Of a DNA stretch of 64,000 nucleotides, positions 18,439-27,909 are shown in pieces. Origin of the DNA: an uncultured Erysipelotrichaceae bacterium (GTDB lineage Bacteria; Bacillota_I; Bacilli_A; Erysipelotrichales; Erysipelotrichaceae). How positions within the stretch are numbered: position 1 is the first letter of the stretch; each line of letters begins with the position of its first letter. The position numbers were made by a program, and so were the translations under genes. The notes under the pieces were generated by a model. It had not been told where the DNA came from and made no database searches. It saw nothing but the letters and a program-made list of their open reading frames with translations. Location: NCBI GenBank assembly GCA_946622165.1, contig CAMOPG010000001.1:7158-71157 (forward strand), given 5' to 3'.

Positions 18439-20178
18439 TCAGGCTTCTTTTTCGGACAGTTCCATCCATCTGAGTTCTGTTTCTTCCAGGGCATTCCTTG
18501 TTTCTTCCAGCAGATCCCCTGCTTCCCGGATCTTTTCAAAATCCGTGAGTTCATTCAGCTGATCTTCCAAAGCCTTGATTTTTGCCTCAAGTTCCGGCAT
18601 CTTCTCTTCCAGAGCTGCCAGTTCTTTCTTTTCCATATAGGTCAGACGATAGGACGGCTTTTTCACCTGCACAGCCGCCTGCGTCTGTTCCGGTTTGTAC
18701 TCTGACTTCTTTTCTTTGTTTTCCAGGTAATCGGAATATGTTTCCTGAACGACTTTGATCCTTCCGTCTTCAAACACAAACAGTCTGTCGGCGATCTTAT
18801 CCAGGAAGTATCTGTCATGGGAGACTGTCAGGACTGCCCCTTTGAAATCATCCAGATAGTTTTCCAGGATCGTCAGTGTTTCCGTGTCCAGGTCATTGGT
18901 CGGCTCGTCCAGCACCAGAATGTTCGGTGCGCCCATCAGGATCGAGCAGAGATACAGTCTTCTCTTTTCTCCTCCTGAACACTTGGAGATCGGTTTATAC
19001 TGTTCATCCTTGAAAAACAAGAAGCGTTCCAGCATCTGGCTGGCTGTGATCGGATCACCTTCTGCGGTATATACGATATCACCGAAGTCTTTCAGATAGT
19101 CGATCACACGCTGGTCTTTTTCAAACACTTCATTCTGCTGGGCAAAGTATCCGATCCTCACGGTATCGCCGATCCTGACATTTCCGCTGTCAGGCTCGAG
19201 CTGTCCGGTCAGGATCTTCAGCAGCGTGCTTTTTCCGCATCCGTTCGGCCCGATAATCCCGACCCTGTCCATCCTGCCGACATTGTAGCTGAATCCCGAA
19301 AACAGCTTTTTATCACCGTATGCTTTTGAGACGTCATTGATCTCGATCGTTACGCCTCCAAGACGTGTGTTCGCTGATTTCAGTTCCAGCGATACCCTCT
19401 CTTCCGGGGCTTCCATTGCGGCGATCTGTTCAAACCGCTGGATCCTTCCCTTCTGCTTGGTCGATCTTGCAGGTGCTCCTGCTCTGATCCACTCGATCTC
19501 CGTGCGCAGAAAGTTCTGACGTTTCTGTTCCGCAGCCAGAGCCTGGCGGTAACGGACCTCACGCTGTTCCAGGTAATCCGCATAGTTTCCTTCATATGCA
19601 TACAGATGACCTTTTTCAATATCGACGATATGGTCGGTAATGCGTGACAGAAAATATCTGTCATGGGTCACAAGGACAACTGCCTTGGATACTCTCTGGA
19701 GATAGCGTTCCAGCCACACGATCATATCCTGGTCCAGATGATTGGTCGGCTCATCCAGAAGATACAGGTCTGCTTTGCGGATCAAAGAGATTGCAAGTGC
19801 GACCCTCTTTTTCTGACCGCCGGAGAGCACATCGATCTGTTCCTCATGGTCGGTGATGCCGAGCTTATTCAGTATGGATCTGATCTGGTATACTTCCGTT
19901 TCTTCCGATACATATGAGCGAACCGTTTCGTATACCGTTTTTCCGGGAGGAAATTCCATAGACTGCGGGCAGTAGGATATCTTGTATTTCTTCAGAAATA
20001 TGACCTGTCCATCATCCGGCTTTTCAATACCCGCCATGATCTGCAGCAGCGTTGATTTGCCGGCGCCGTTGAGACCTACAACGCCCCATTTGTCTTTCTC
20101 GTTCACGACAAAATTCACGTGATCGAGGATCGGTTCCGTAACATATTTGAAGCTGACATTTTCCAGGGAAAGAATCAT
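18439..20178 (-). CDS. ABC-F family ATPase (two ABC cassettes, no TM domain; Uup/EttA-like translation factor class)
   Basis: 579 aa with two Walker A motifs (GLNGAGKST, GPNGCGKST), two LSGG signatures and a C-terminal coiled-coil. Confidence 0.9.
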   Translation of the reverse strand: MILSLENVSFKYVTEPILDHVNFVVNEKDKWGVVGLNGAGKSTLLQIMAGIEKPDDGQVIFLKKYKISYCPQSMEFPPGKTVYETVRSYVSEETEVYQIRSILNKLGITDHEEQIDVLSGGQKKRVALAISLIRKADLYLLDEPTNHLDQDMIVWLERYLQRVSKAVVLVTHDRYFLSRITDHIVDIEKGHLYAYEGNYADYLEQREVRYRQALAAEQKRQNFLRTEIEWIRAGAPARSTKQKGRIQRFEQIAAMEAPEERVSLELKSANTRLGGVTIEINDVSKAYGDKKLFSGFSYNVGRMDRVGIIGPNGCGKSTLLKILTGQLEPDSGNVRIGDTVRIGYFAQQNEVFEKDQRVIDYLKDFGDIVYTAEGDPITASQMLERFLFFKDEQYKPISKCSGGEKRRLYLCSILMGAPNILVLDEPTNDLDTETLTILENYLDDFKGAVLTVSHDRYFLDKIADRLFVFEDGRIKVVQETYSDYLENKEKKSEYKPEQTQAAVQVKKPSYRLTYMEKKELAALEEKMPELEAKIKALEDQLNELTDFEKIREAGDLLEETRNALEETELRWMELSEKEA

Positions 20179-20260
20179 GCTGTATCTCCATTCACCTGCT
20201 TATTGTATACGATGATCGCATTTTTACGGAAAGAATATTCTCCAATTTCTGCCGTTTGTC

Positions 20261-20293
20261 ATAAAACGGGATATCCCTGTGTGAGATATCCCG
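20261..20293 (-). terminator. Rho-independent terminator after the ABC-2 permease
   Basis: Perfect 9-bp stem CGGGATATC/GATATCCCG followed by TTTTAT on the minus strand. Confidence 0.8.
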
Positions 20294-20321
20294 GTCAGTG
20301 CATTCTTATGAAAAACAGTTA

Positions 20322-20939
20322 TTACGAATTCTGTATGACACGCTCTTTCAGTACGATGGAAATATACCAGGAGAGAAAATACAGTGCTGTTGTCCCCAGC
20401 AGAATGATGTACATCATGTATTCTTTCCCGGCGAGCAGATCAAGGAAGCCTTGTCCGCCCTGCAGGACCGTGATTCCGAAGAATACTAGGACCGCTGTTA
20501 CGATCAGACGGATGAGTCCGCTTTTCTGTACGCCGAACATGATCGTAAACGGCAGCGAAAACAGGAATACGATCTCTGAAGTCATGACGATGGAAACCAG
20601 GCCTGTGCTGATTTCGTATAAGGGTTTTCCGCCGATCATCGCCGCGGCAGTATACACGACGATAAAGCTGAGTATGCACAGCAGACTGAACACATATTTC
20701 TCACTCACCTGTGTACGGGCGGACAGCGGAAGATAAGATGCCGTATCATTCCATCCGGTGTTTTCTTCATCCGCCATCAGGGATGATACCATTGTTGCGG
20801 TAAACATGACGCCGTACACTGCCCAGAACATGCCGTCCTCCATGATCCCGCCCATACCGACGAACAGGATACACATCGGAATATAGGTGCGGAACTTTCT
20901 CAGCAATACGAGCACGTCTTTATAAAACAGACCTTTCAT
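20322..20939 (-). CDS. ABC-2 type transporter permease
   Basis: 205 aa with about 6 hydrophobic helices, located immediately downstream of the ABC ATPase. Confidence 0.7.
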   Translation of the reverse strand: MKGLFYKDVLVLLRKFRTYIPMCILFVGMGGIMEDGMFWAVYGVMFTATMVSSLMADEENTGWNDTASYLPLSARTQVSEKYVFSLLCILSFIVVYTAAAMIGGKPLYEISTGLVSIVMTSEIVFLFSLPFTIMFGVQKSGLIRLIVTAVLVFFGITVLQGGQGFLDLLAGKEYMMYIILLGTTALYFLSWYISIVLKERVIQNS

Positions 20940-20944
20940 ACGAT

Positions 20945-21646
20945 TTACCTTTCTGCCATTTCCAGGAACAGCTTTTCAATACTGCCGTGTTTCTGTGCAA
21001 GGACATCTCTTTTTTCTGACAGGATGACTCTGCCCTGATGCAGGAATGTGATGTCTGTGCAGGCTTTTTCAAGATCTGAAACGATGTGGGAGGACATTAA
21101 TACAGCATGTCCTTCCTGTGCGGCAAACTCTGTGATCAGATTCAGCACATGATCCCTGACCACCGGATCAAGACCTCCTGTTGCTTCATCCAGCATCAGC
21201 AGTTTTGCGCGATGGCATAACGCACAGGCAAGTGCTGTTTTCATGCGGTTTCCTCTGGACAGTTCACCGAACCTTGTTTCCTGCGGAACATCAAGCATCT
21301 GTATCAGCTGCCTGTATTTTTCAGCATCCCAGTGCCGGTAAATGCCTGACATCATGGTGCCTGTTTCCTTTGCGGTCATATACGGCACCAGCGCTTCTTC
21401 ATCCGTTACGACACCAACGTCATTCATCAGGTTTCTTGCGCGGATCTGATCTGTGCCAAGCACAACGATCTCTCCGCTGTCCGCTCCGATGACGCCGCAG
21501 AGCAGACGGATCAGAGTCGTCTTGCCTGCGCCGTTCTCACCGATCAGTCCCATGACCGATCCGAACGGGATCGTGAATTCCGGTACATACAGATCAAAAT
21601 GTGCGTATGCCTTTTTCAGTTCATGTACTTCAACAGCGTTCGTCAT
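20945..21646 (-). CDS. ABC transporter ATP-binding protein
   Basis: Walker A GENGAGKTT, signature LSRGN, Walker B LLMLDEATGGLD. 4-nt overlap with the upstream regulator gene. Confidence 0.9.
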   Translation of the reverse strand: MTNAVEVHELKKAYAHFDLYVPEFTIPFGSVMGLIGENGAGKTTLIRLLCGVIGADSGEIVVLGTDQIRARNLMNDVGVVTDEEALVPYMTAKETGTMMSGIYRHWDAEKYRQLIQMLDVPQETRFGELSRGNRMKTALACALCHRAKLLMLDEATGGLDPVVRDHVLNLITEFAAQEGHAVLMSSHIVSDLEKACTDITFLHQGRVILSEKRDVLAQKHGSIEKLFLEMAER

Positions 21647-22680
21647 ACTTTTCCTTCCTCCAGGAGGCGGATCAGTTCCGCGTCATTTTTCATAAAGCCG
21701 TCTTCGTCCGTTTCTGCCTTGTTTCTGATCTCATCCATAAGCCTGTTGATGACACTCTGGTCAATACGTGCTTCTTTCGTGCTGAGTCCTTCAAACAGAA
21801 CAGACTGCGAGAAACTGTATGGTTCCTTAAGGATCATGATCAGCTTCTTCATTGCCTGAAGCATGCCTTCCCTGTCATGATTTCTGACAGCTGCCGCAAG
21901 GTCGTCTTCAATGTCATAGAATTCCCATAGATCAAATACGCTTCTCAATTGACGGATCACGGAAGATGCTTCATCGCGTATTGTTTCATTTCCGCACCTG
22001 TCAGCAAAACCGCGCAGTTTCATCATCCGGTTGATGAGCTCGTTGACACTCAGGAAAATACTGCGTGTCATGATCTGCATCGCTTCTTCCGGCTTCCCTT
22101 TTTCGCTGCTGATCTGCGCCTTGACCATATCCAGATCAACAGACGGACGGTGCATCTTCTGCATGATCTCTTCTGCCTGATCATATCGTTCAAGCACAAG
22201 GTCTATGGACAGACGCGTCTCATTGACTGCGTCATGATAGGCCGGATCTGCTGCTTCGGTTTTCTTCAGCAGTTCCTCCAGCATTTCCGCATGTTCTTCG
22301 TTCAGTTCATTCTTGATGATCAATGCATAATTCAGCATTGCAGCACAGTTGTACAGGAGTCTGGCATCACCCGGATACTCATGTATCCTGGCCGTGATCC
22401 TGTCATGCAGTTCTTCAATACTCATGTCTGACAAGGATGAACGCAGTTCCCCGATGAAGGCATTCAGTTCTTCCATGGACATTTCCTTGCGGAAATCAAA
22501 CAGATCATTCATGTCCATCCTGAGTACTCTTGCAAGTACCGGAAGGATCATCACATCAGGACAGGACATGCCCTTTTCCCATTTATTGACTGCCGGCGCA
22601 CTGACTCCTGTCTGTTCCGCAAGCTCAGCCTGTGTCATATTCAATACAAGACGTCGTTGTCTGATCACATCTCCGATCAT
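21643..22680 (-). CDS. XRE-family HTH transcriptional regulator with a long helical (TPR-like) C-terminal domain
   Basis: N-terminal HTH_3 (LNMTQAELAEQTGVSAPAVNKWEKG) followed by about 270 aa of helical repeat-like sequence. The second ATG (22680) has better spacing to GGAGGAG than the ORF-track start at 22686. Confidence 0.8.
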   Translation of the reverse strand: MIGDVIRQRRLVLNMTQAELAEQTGVSAPAVNKWEKGMSCPDVMILPVLARVLRMDMNDLFDFRKEMSMEELNAFIGELRSSLSDMSIEELHDRITARIHEYPGDARLLYNCAAMLNYALIIKNELNEEHAEMLEELLKKTEAADPAYHDAVNETRLSIDLVLERYDQAEEIMQKMHRPSVDLDMVKAQISSEKGKPEEAMQIMTRSIFLSVNELINRMMKLRGFADRCGNETIRDEASSVIRQLRSVFDLWEFYDIEDDLAAAVRNHDREGMLQAMKKLIMILKEPYSFSQSVLFEGLSTKEARIDQSVINRLMDEIRNKAETDEDGFMKNDAELIRLLEEGKV

Positions 22681-22759
22681 AAGCATCTCCTCCTGTATTC
22701 AAGATAGCACTGATCCGGGGTCGCTTGTACTGATTATCCGTTAACAGAAGGCGCTGCTG

Positions 22760-22778
22760 TATTAACCGGCAGTTAATA
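22760..22778. promoter_or_regulatory. Inverted repeat TATTAAC-N5-GTTAATA upstream of the XRE regulator (candidate operator)
   Basis: Perfect 7-bp arms seen directly. A third GTTAAC copy lies at about 22739-22744. The repeat is about 80-100 nt upstream of the regulator start. Confidence 0.35.
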
Positions 22779-22825
22779 TAGTGATCCAGGAACTGTCTTA
22801 CCGGCATATGCCTTCAACCAAATCA

Positions 22826-22860
22826 CAAAAAAACAGCCCTGACAGTTTGACTGCGGGCTG
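22826..22860 (-). terminator. Rho-independent terminator after purC
   Basis: Minus strand: CAGCCC...GGGCTG stem followed by TTTTTTTG. Confidence 0.65.
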
Positions 22861-22878
22861 CTGTAAATGACGATGTGA

Positions 22879-23568
22879 TTATTTTTCGAAGAACAGCTTG
22901 GAGAGTTCCATCGGTTCAATATATTCGCCGTCCTTGTAAACTCTCATGTTGCCGGAAGCGATCTCATCGATGAGCATAACTTTTCCGTCAGCGTCATAGC
23001 CGTATTCGAACTTGATATCGTACAGTACAAGACCTTTTTCGAGCAGATCGTCAGCTACGATCTTTGTGATCTGCTTTGTCATGTTCTTGATATCTTCATA
23101 CTGCTGTTCAGTCATGATGCCGAGGCATACAAGTCCGTCTTTTGTAACGAGCGGATCACCCAGTGCATCGTTCTTGAATGTTGTTTCAACATAAGAAGGA
23201 AGATCTGTACCAGCTTCAATATATTCACCATAACGGCGGATGAAGCTTCCGACTGCCTTATTTCTGCAGATAACTTCGAGACCGTGTCCGAACACCTTTG
23301 CAGGAAGTACTTCCATTGTTGTGTTGTCCAGATCTGCAGACACAAAGTGTGTTTTGATTCCGGCAGCGTTGATCTTTTCAAAGAAATAAATGCTCATTCT
23401 CAGGTTGACATCGCCGACGCCTTCGATCGTCAGTCCGATGGAGTTCTCACCCGGGTCAAACTTGCCGTCTTTTCCGGTGCAGTCATCTTTGAATTTTAAG
23501 AGATAGTTGCCATTGTCAAGTGCGAATACATCTTTCGTTTTTCCGCTGTAAACAAGTTTGTTTGCCAT
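22879..23568 (-). CDS. purC: Phosphoribosylaminoimidazole-succinocarboxamide (SAICAR) synthase
   Basis: The ATG at 23568 ([15 protein letters not shown]...) follows AAGGAG. The sequence is SAICAR_synt-like throughout (GKTKDV, LIDEI). Confidence 0.92.
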   Translation of the reverse strand: MANKLVYSGKTKDVFALDNGNYLLKFKDDCTGKDGKFDPGENSIGLTIEGVGDVNLRMSIYFFEKINAAGIKTHFVSADLDNTTMEVLPAKVFGHGLEVICRNKAVGSFIRRYGEYIEAGTDLPSYVETTFKNDALGDPLVTKDGLVCLGIMTEQQYEDIKNMTKQITKIVADDLLEKGLVLYDIKFEYGYDADGKVMLIDEIASGNMRVYKDGEYIEPMELSKLFFEK

Positions 23569-23810
23569 TTTTTTCTCCTTCTCTTTCTTGAAACAGTCTG
23601 TCTGGTGCATTTCTGCAATAGACTTAAATATTATACTTACAAATTCAGAAAATGAAATACTGATGCTTATTTCCTCAAAAAATTAACGAAGTCTAATGAA
23701 AAAATACTGTAAATTATTTCATTCTGCTGCTTATGACTGCTGATCGACGGGTCATGAACGGTTTTTTCATCAGGCATCGTATTGAAGATCTCTGTTTTTC
23801 AGCACTTCAT

Positions 23811-23858
23811 ACAAAAACACGGAAATACCGTTGATCATGATCAGGCATATTTCCGTGT
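23811..23858 (-). terminator. Terminator hairpin after the MATE gene
   Basis: Perfect 11-bp arms ACACGGAAATA / TATTTCCGTGT (23817-23827 / 23848-23858) with a 20-nt loop that is itself palindromic (TGATCATGATCA). Followed by TTTTTG on the minus strand. Confidence 0.7.
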
Positions 23859-23867
23859 TCTGCTTTC

Positions 23868-25247
23868 TCAGGATCCTGCTTCTTCCTGAAGCAGGTCACG
23901 CTTCATTCTGCGGTAGAGCAGAATGGCAGCCGCACATGCGATGCCGTCTGCCAGCGGTACGGCGATCCACAGCTTCAGTATGTCGCGGAAGATGACGGAC
24001 AGCAGATAGAACGATGCGACCGGCATCAGGAAACCGCGGAGCACATTGACGACAAGCGCATAGCGCGCATGCTGAAGCGCCTGCATCGCTGAGCCAAGGA
24101 TCACGCATACGCCGCCCATGGTCAGTGAGATGACACAGGTGCGGATCGCTGTGACACCGATCTGACGCAGCGCATCAGATGCGCTGAAGAGATCCAGCAG
24201 TGTCTGCGGTATGAATTCAAACACAATGGTCAGTACGATCATCAGGCTCAGAATGATCGTCAGTGCGTAGCGGATCGTTCCCCATACACGGTCATACCGT
24301 CTTGTGCCGTTATTGTATGAGAGGATCGGAACCATTCCGTTATTCATTCCGAACGCCGGCATATAGCAGAAGTTCTGCAGTTTCAGCCAGATTCCGTATA
24401 CAGCTGTCGCAGTCGTGCTGTATGACAGCAGTACCTGATTGATGAAGAATGAGCTCATGGAAGCCAGTCCCATGGTGATCATGGAAGGAAATCCGATCGC
24501 ATAGATCTCTTTGGCTGCTCTGATCGAGGGATGCAGGATCCCTTCCAGGCTGAAACTGATCCATTGATTCTTTTTGACGTTGAACCAGAATGCGATCACC
24601 GCCGCAAAGATCTGTCCCATGACCGTTGCCAGTGCGGCACCGGAGATCCCCATTTCCGGGAACGGACCGATCCCGAAGATCAGCAGCGGATCGAAGATAA
24701 TGTTGAAGACCGCGCCGCATGTCTGAGCGATCATTGCCAGGGAGGCAGATCCTGAAGATGTCAGCATCTTTTCAAACAGAACGCCGTAGAACATTCCGAA
24801 GCACATCGTCCAGATGATCGTCAGGTATGCGGTTCCCCCTTCTACGATCTCCGGCACGCCCGTCTGCATGCTGTAGAACTTCCGGGTGAATGTCAGGCCC
24901 AATATGATGAATACGATCACATAGCACAGACACAGGAATATGCCGGTGTTTGCCAGACTGTCTGCCTGTTTGTTCTGTTTTCTTGCCAGTGCGCGCGGAA
25001 TGCTCGCACTGATGCCGACGCCGGTACCGATGCTGATGGCATTCATGATCTGCTGCATCGGGAATGCCAGCGATACGGCTGTCAATGCATTCTCCGAGAT
25101 CCTTGCGACAAACATTGAATCAACGATGTTGTACATTGCCTGGATGAAGAACGACAGCATCATCGGGATGGCCATGCTCATGAGGAGCTGGAAGATCGGC
25201 ATGGTGCCCATTTTGTTTTCCGTATTTCTGTTTTCTTTGTTTTCCAT
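23868..25247 (-). CDS. MATE family efflux transporter
   Basis: 459 aa with about 12 TM helices and a MatE-like N-terminus (PIFQLLMSMAIPMMLSFFIQAMYNIVDSMFV). Confidence 0.88.
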   Translation of the reverse strand: MENKENRNTENKMGTMPIFQLLMSMAIPMMLSFFIQAMYNIVDSMFVARISENALTAVSLAFPMQQIMNAISIGTGVGISASIPRALARKQNKQADSLANTGIFLCLCYVIVFIILGLTFTRKFYSMQTGVPEIVEGGTAYLTIIWTMCFGMFYGVLFEKMLTSSGSASLAMIAQTCGAVFNIIFDPLLIFGIGPFPEMGISGAALATVMGQIFAAVIAFWFNVKKNQWISFSLEGILHPSIRAAKEIYAIGFPSMITMGLASMSSFFINQVLLSYSTTATAVYGIWLKLQNFCYMPAFGMNNGMVPILSYNNGTRRYDRVWGTIRYALTIILSLMIVLTIVFEFIPQTLLDLFSASDALRQIGVTAIRTCVISLTMGGVCVILGSAMQALQHARYALVVNVLRGFLMPVASFYLLSVIFRDILKLWIAVPLADGIACAAAILLYRRMKRDLLQEEAGS

Positions 25248-25363
25248 TTTTCACCTTTGCTTTCGACCCGGTTATTCTAGCAGAAAATTTTCAAATTGAA
25301 ATTCACATGATCTGACCGATAAAAAAATGCCGCAGTTCATGCAGCATTTCCTGATCATCTGAG

Positions 25364-25436
25364 TGGACGCTACAGGACTCGAACCTGCGACATCACCCCT
25401 GTGAAGGGTGCGCTCTCCCAACTGAGCTAAGCGTCC
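25364..25436 (-). tRNA. tRNA-Val (anticodon CAC)
   Basis: Minus strand: GGACGCT TA GCTC AGTTGGGA GAGC G CACCC TTCACAG GGGTG ATGTC GCAGG TTCGAGT CCTGT AGCGTCC A. This folds as a cloverleaf with a 7-bp acceptor stem and a TTCGAGT T-loop. CCA is not encoded. Confidence 0.9.
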
Positions 25437-25447
25437 GTGCACAGATT

Positions 25448-25475
25448 ATTTTACCATAATTCATTTCTGATTCAA
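25448..25475 (-). promoter_or_regulatory. Sigma-A promoter for tRNA-Val
   Basis: Minus strand: TTGAAT (25475-25470), 16-nt spacer ending in TGG (extended -10), TAAAAT (25453-25448), about 11 nt before the tRNA 5' end. Confidence 0.6.
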
Positions 25476-25478
25476 CCT

Positions 25479-26033
25479 TCATGTTTCCGGCAGCTGTTTT
25501 TGATAGATGCTGCGTTCTGTGATGATCAGATCCAGTGTCTGATCCCAGGGATCTGTTTCGATGCGGTCACATTTCTGACATTCATATGCCAGTCCGATGC
25601 TCATCCTGCAATACGGCAGTACACGGTCATAATACCCCTTCCCGTATCCTGTTCTGTGACAGCATTCATCAAAGGAAGACAAAGGCACCAGCATGATATC
25701 GATCTTTGAAGGATGTATGACCGTGCCGTGGTCCGGTTCCAATATCCCCAAGACGCCCGGCTTCAGTTCATCCAGTGATCCGATCAGATAAAACTCCAGA
25801 TGATCGGGCAAGGTCTTCGGCACAGCGACCTGTTTTCCTGCACGGATCAGGTTTGTGATCAGCTCATGCGTGGAGACTTCCTGACGGAATGATACGTAGC
25901 ATCCGATAACCTTGGCTGAAGAAACAGCGTCCATCACCTTTGCGGCAATGGACGCATTGAAATCATTCCGTTCAGCTTCCGTCAGTTCTCTGCGTCTGTT
26001 CAGACCGTTTTTTCTGGCTTCTGCTTTTTTCAT
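25479..26033 (-). CDS. 5-formyltetrahydrofolate cyclo-ligase
   Basis: 184 aa with the GYGKGYYDR motif and typical length. Confidence 0.85.
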   Translation of the reverse strand: MKKAEARKNGLNRRRELTEAERNDFNASIAAKVMDAVSSAKVIGCYVSFRQEVSTHELITNLIRAGKQVAVPKTLPDHLEFYLIGSLDELKPGVLGILEPDHGTVIHPSKIDIMLVPLSSFDECCHRTGYGKGYYDRVLPYCRMSIGLAYECQKCDRIETDPWDQTLDLIITERSIYQKQLPET

Positions 26034-26034
26034 G

Positions 26035-27444
26035 TTATCCGATCGATCCTGTCATGTCGATCTTGAGCAGCTGGTTCAGTTCGACAGCATATTCCATCGG
26101 CAGTTCCCTTGTGAACGGCTCGAGGAATCCCATGACGATCATCTCTGTTGCCTGATTCTCACTGAGTCCCCTGCTCATCAGATAGAACAGCTCTTCTTCA
26201 GAGATCTTGGAGACTTTGGCTTCATGTTCGATCGTTGAAGAAGCGTTGCTGTTGATATTGAGCGGGATCGTATCACTTCTGGAAATGTTGTCCAGGATCA
26301 GCGTATCGCATTCGATCTTTGCACGTGAATCACTGGCGTTCTTGCCCATGCGGATCCAGTCGCGGAAGTTGGTCACGCCGCCGTTTCTGGATACAGATTT
26401 CGATATGATCGAGGATGAGGTATGCGGTGCGAGATGGATCATCTTCGCGCCGGTATCCTGGAACTGTCCTTTGGATCCGACGCCGACAGAAATGCACATG
26501 CCTCTTGCATATTCACCTGCCAGAATGCAGGCAGGATACTTCATGGAGATCCTGGAACCGATGTTTCCGTCGATCCATTCCATGGTGCCTCTTGCTTCGA
26601 CTTTCGCGCGCTTTGTTACAAGATTCAGGATGTTGCCGGACCAGTTCTGCACACTGGAATATCTTGCCTTGGCGCCTTCGCCGACAAATACTTCAACGAC
26701 TGCGGCATGCATGGAATCCTTTGAATACTGAGGAGCTGTGCAGCCTTCAACATACTGCACTTCCGCGCCTTTATCGACGATGATGATGGAACGTTCAAAC
26801 TGTCCCATGGATTCACTGTTGATGCGGAAGTATGACTGGAGCGGTTTGTCCAGCTTCACGCCCGGAGGCACGTAGATAAAGCTTCCGCCTGACCATACAG
26901 CAGAGTTCAGGGCAGCCAGCTTGTTGTCACTGGGCGGTACGATCGTTGCAAAGTACTTTCTGAACAGTTCAGGATATTCTCTCAGTGCGCTGTCGATATC
27001 CAGGAAGATGACGCCCTTTGACTGGACTTCTTCCAGCATGTTGTGGTAAACAGCTTCGGATTCGTACTGTGTCGTTACGCCGGCCAGATATTTCCGTTCT
27101 GCTTCGGGAATACCCAGACGTTCAAATGTATTCTTGATCTCTTCTGGAACATCGTCCCAGCTTTTTTCCGTGTCGCTTGTAGCCTTTTTGTAATATGTGA
27201 AATCCTGGAAGTCGATCTCTGACAGATCGGGTCCCCACTTGGGCATCGGCATCTTCTCAAATACATGGAATGCGTTTACCCGGAACTCTGTCATCCATTC
27301 CGGTTCACCCTTGATCTTTGAGATCTGTCTGACAACATCTTCATTCAGACCTTTTCCCGTATCAAAGACAGAGATGTCCTTGTCATGAAAACCATATTGA
27401 TAATCATCCTGGGAAGTCAGTACAGCCTGATCATTCTCACTCAT
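26035..27444 (-). CDS. sufB: Fe-S cluster assembly scaffold SufB
   Basis: 469 aa, SufB-like throughout (YGFHD..., [22 protein letters not shown]). Last gene of the sufCDSUB order. Confidence 0.95.
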   Translation of the reverse strand: MSENDQAVLTSQDDYQYGFHDKDISVFDTGKGLNEDVVRQISKIKGEPEWMTEFRVNAFHVFEKMPMPKWGPDLSEIDFQDFTYYKKATSDTEKSWDDVPEEIKNTFERLGIPEAERKYLAGVTTQYESEAVYHNMLEEVQSKGVIFLDIDSALREYPELFRKYFATIVPPSDNKLAALNSAVWSGGSFIYVPPGVKLDKPLQSYFRINSESMGQFERSIIIVDKGAEVQYVEGCTAPQYSKDSMHAAVVEVFVGEGAKARYSSVQNWSGNILNLVTKRAKVEARGTMEWIDGNIGSRISMKYPACILAGEYARGMCISVGVGSKGQFQDTGAKMIHLAPHTSSSIISKSVSRNGGVTNFRDWIRMGKNASDSRAKIECDTLILDNISRSDTIPLNINSNASSTIEHEAKVSKISEEELFYLMSRGLSENQATEMIVMGFLEPFTRELPMEYAVELNQLLKIDMTGSIG

Positions 27445-27895
27445 GGGACGCCTCGCTTTCTTCTATCATCTGCTTCATTGCATTCCAGCCGATGGTCGCG
27501 CACTTAATGCGGTTAGCCTGCTTGTGGACATTTCTCATAACGAGCGCTTCCTGCAGCAGTTCGGGATCATATTCTTTTCCATCGACCATATTGAAATAAT
27601 TGCGGATGATCTCCTTGGCTTCTTCTACGGTCTTTCCGATCAGAAGATCGGTCATGATGCTGGTGGAGCTTGTACTGATCGTGCATGCTTCACCTTCGAA
27701 CTGAATATCTTCGATCACGCCGTTTTCGATCCTTGATTCCACGGTAATATCATCGATACAGCTTTCTGAAGCCATATGGACAGACCGGTAAAGATCCGAT
27801 CTGGTCAGTTTATGGTTGTGCGGGTATTGATAATGATCCATGACAAGCTCTCTTAATACCATCGGATCACTTAACATTTTTTCAATTTCACTCAT
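27437..27895 (-). CDS. sufU: SUF-system zinc-dependent sulfurtransferase SufU (IscU/NifU N-terminal-like)
   Basis: 152 aa with three conserved Cys contexts (SESCID, GEACTIS, IKCATI). Confidence 0.9.
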   Translation of the reverse strand: MSEIEKMLSDPMVLRELVMDHYQYPHNHKLTRSDLYRSVHMASESCIDDITVESRIENGVIEDIQFEGEACTISTSSTSIMTDLLIGKTVEEAKEIIRNYFNMVDGKEYDPELLQEALVMRNVHKQANRIKCATIGWNAMKQMIEESEASHE

Positions 27896-27909
27896 GTTTC
27901 CGACCCTCC

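Noticed and set aside
22808-22870. A 20-aa ORF (MPSTKSQKNSPDSLTAGCCK) divergent from the XRE/TPR regulator, considered as a possible signalling peptide.
   Set aside because: It has no Shine-Dalgarno sequence. It is hydrophilic, unlike SHP/PapR/Phr-type pro-peptides. It also coincides with the purC terminator hairpin.
23569-23867. A purine or ZTP riboswitch upstream of purC.
   Set aside because: I looked on the minus strand for the guanine-riboswitch core (…GGATATGG…GTTTCTACC…CCGTAAAT…ACTA) and for the ZTP pfl motif. Neither is present. The region contains only A/T-rich promoter-like sequence and the MATE terminator.
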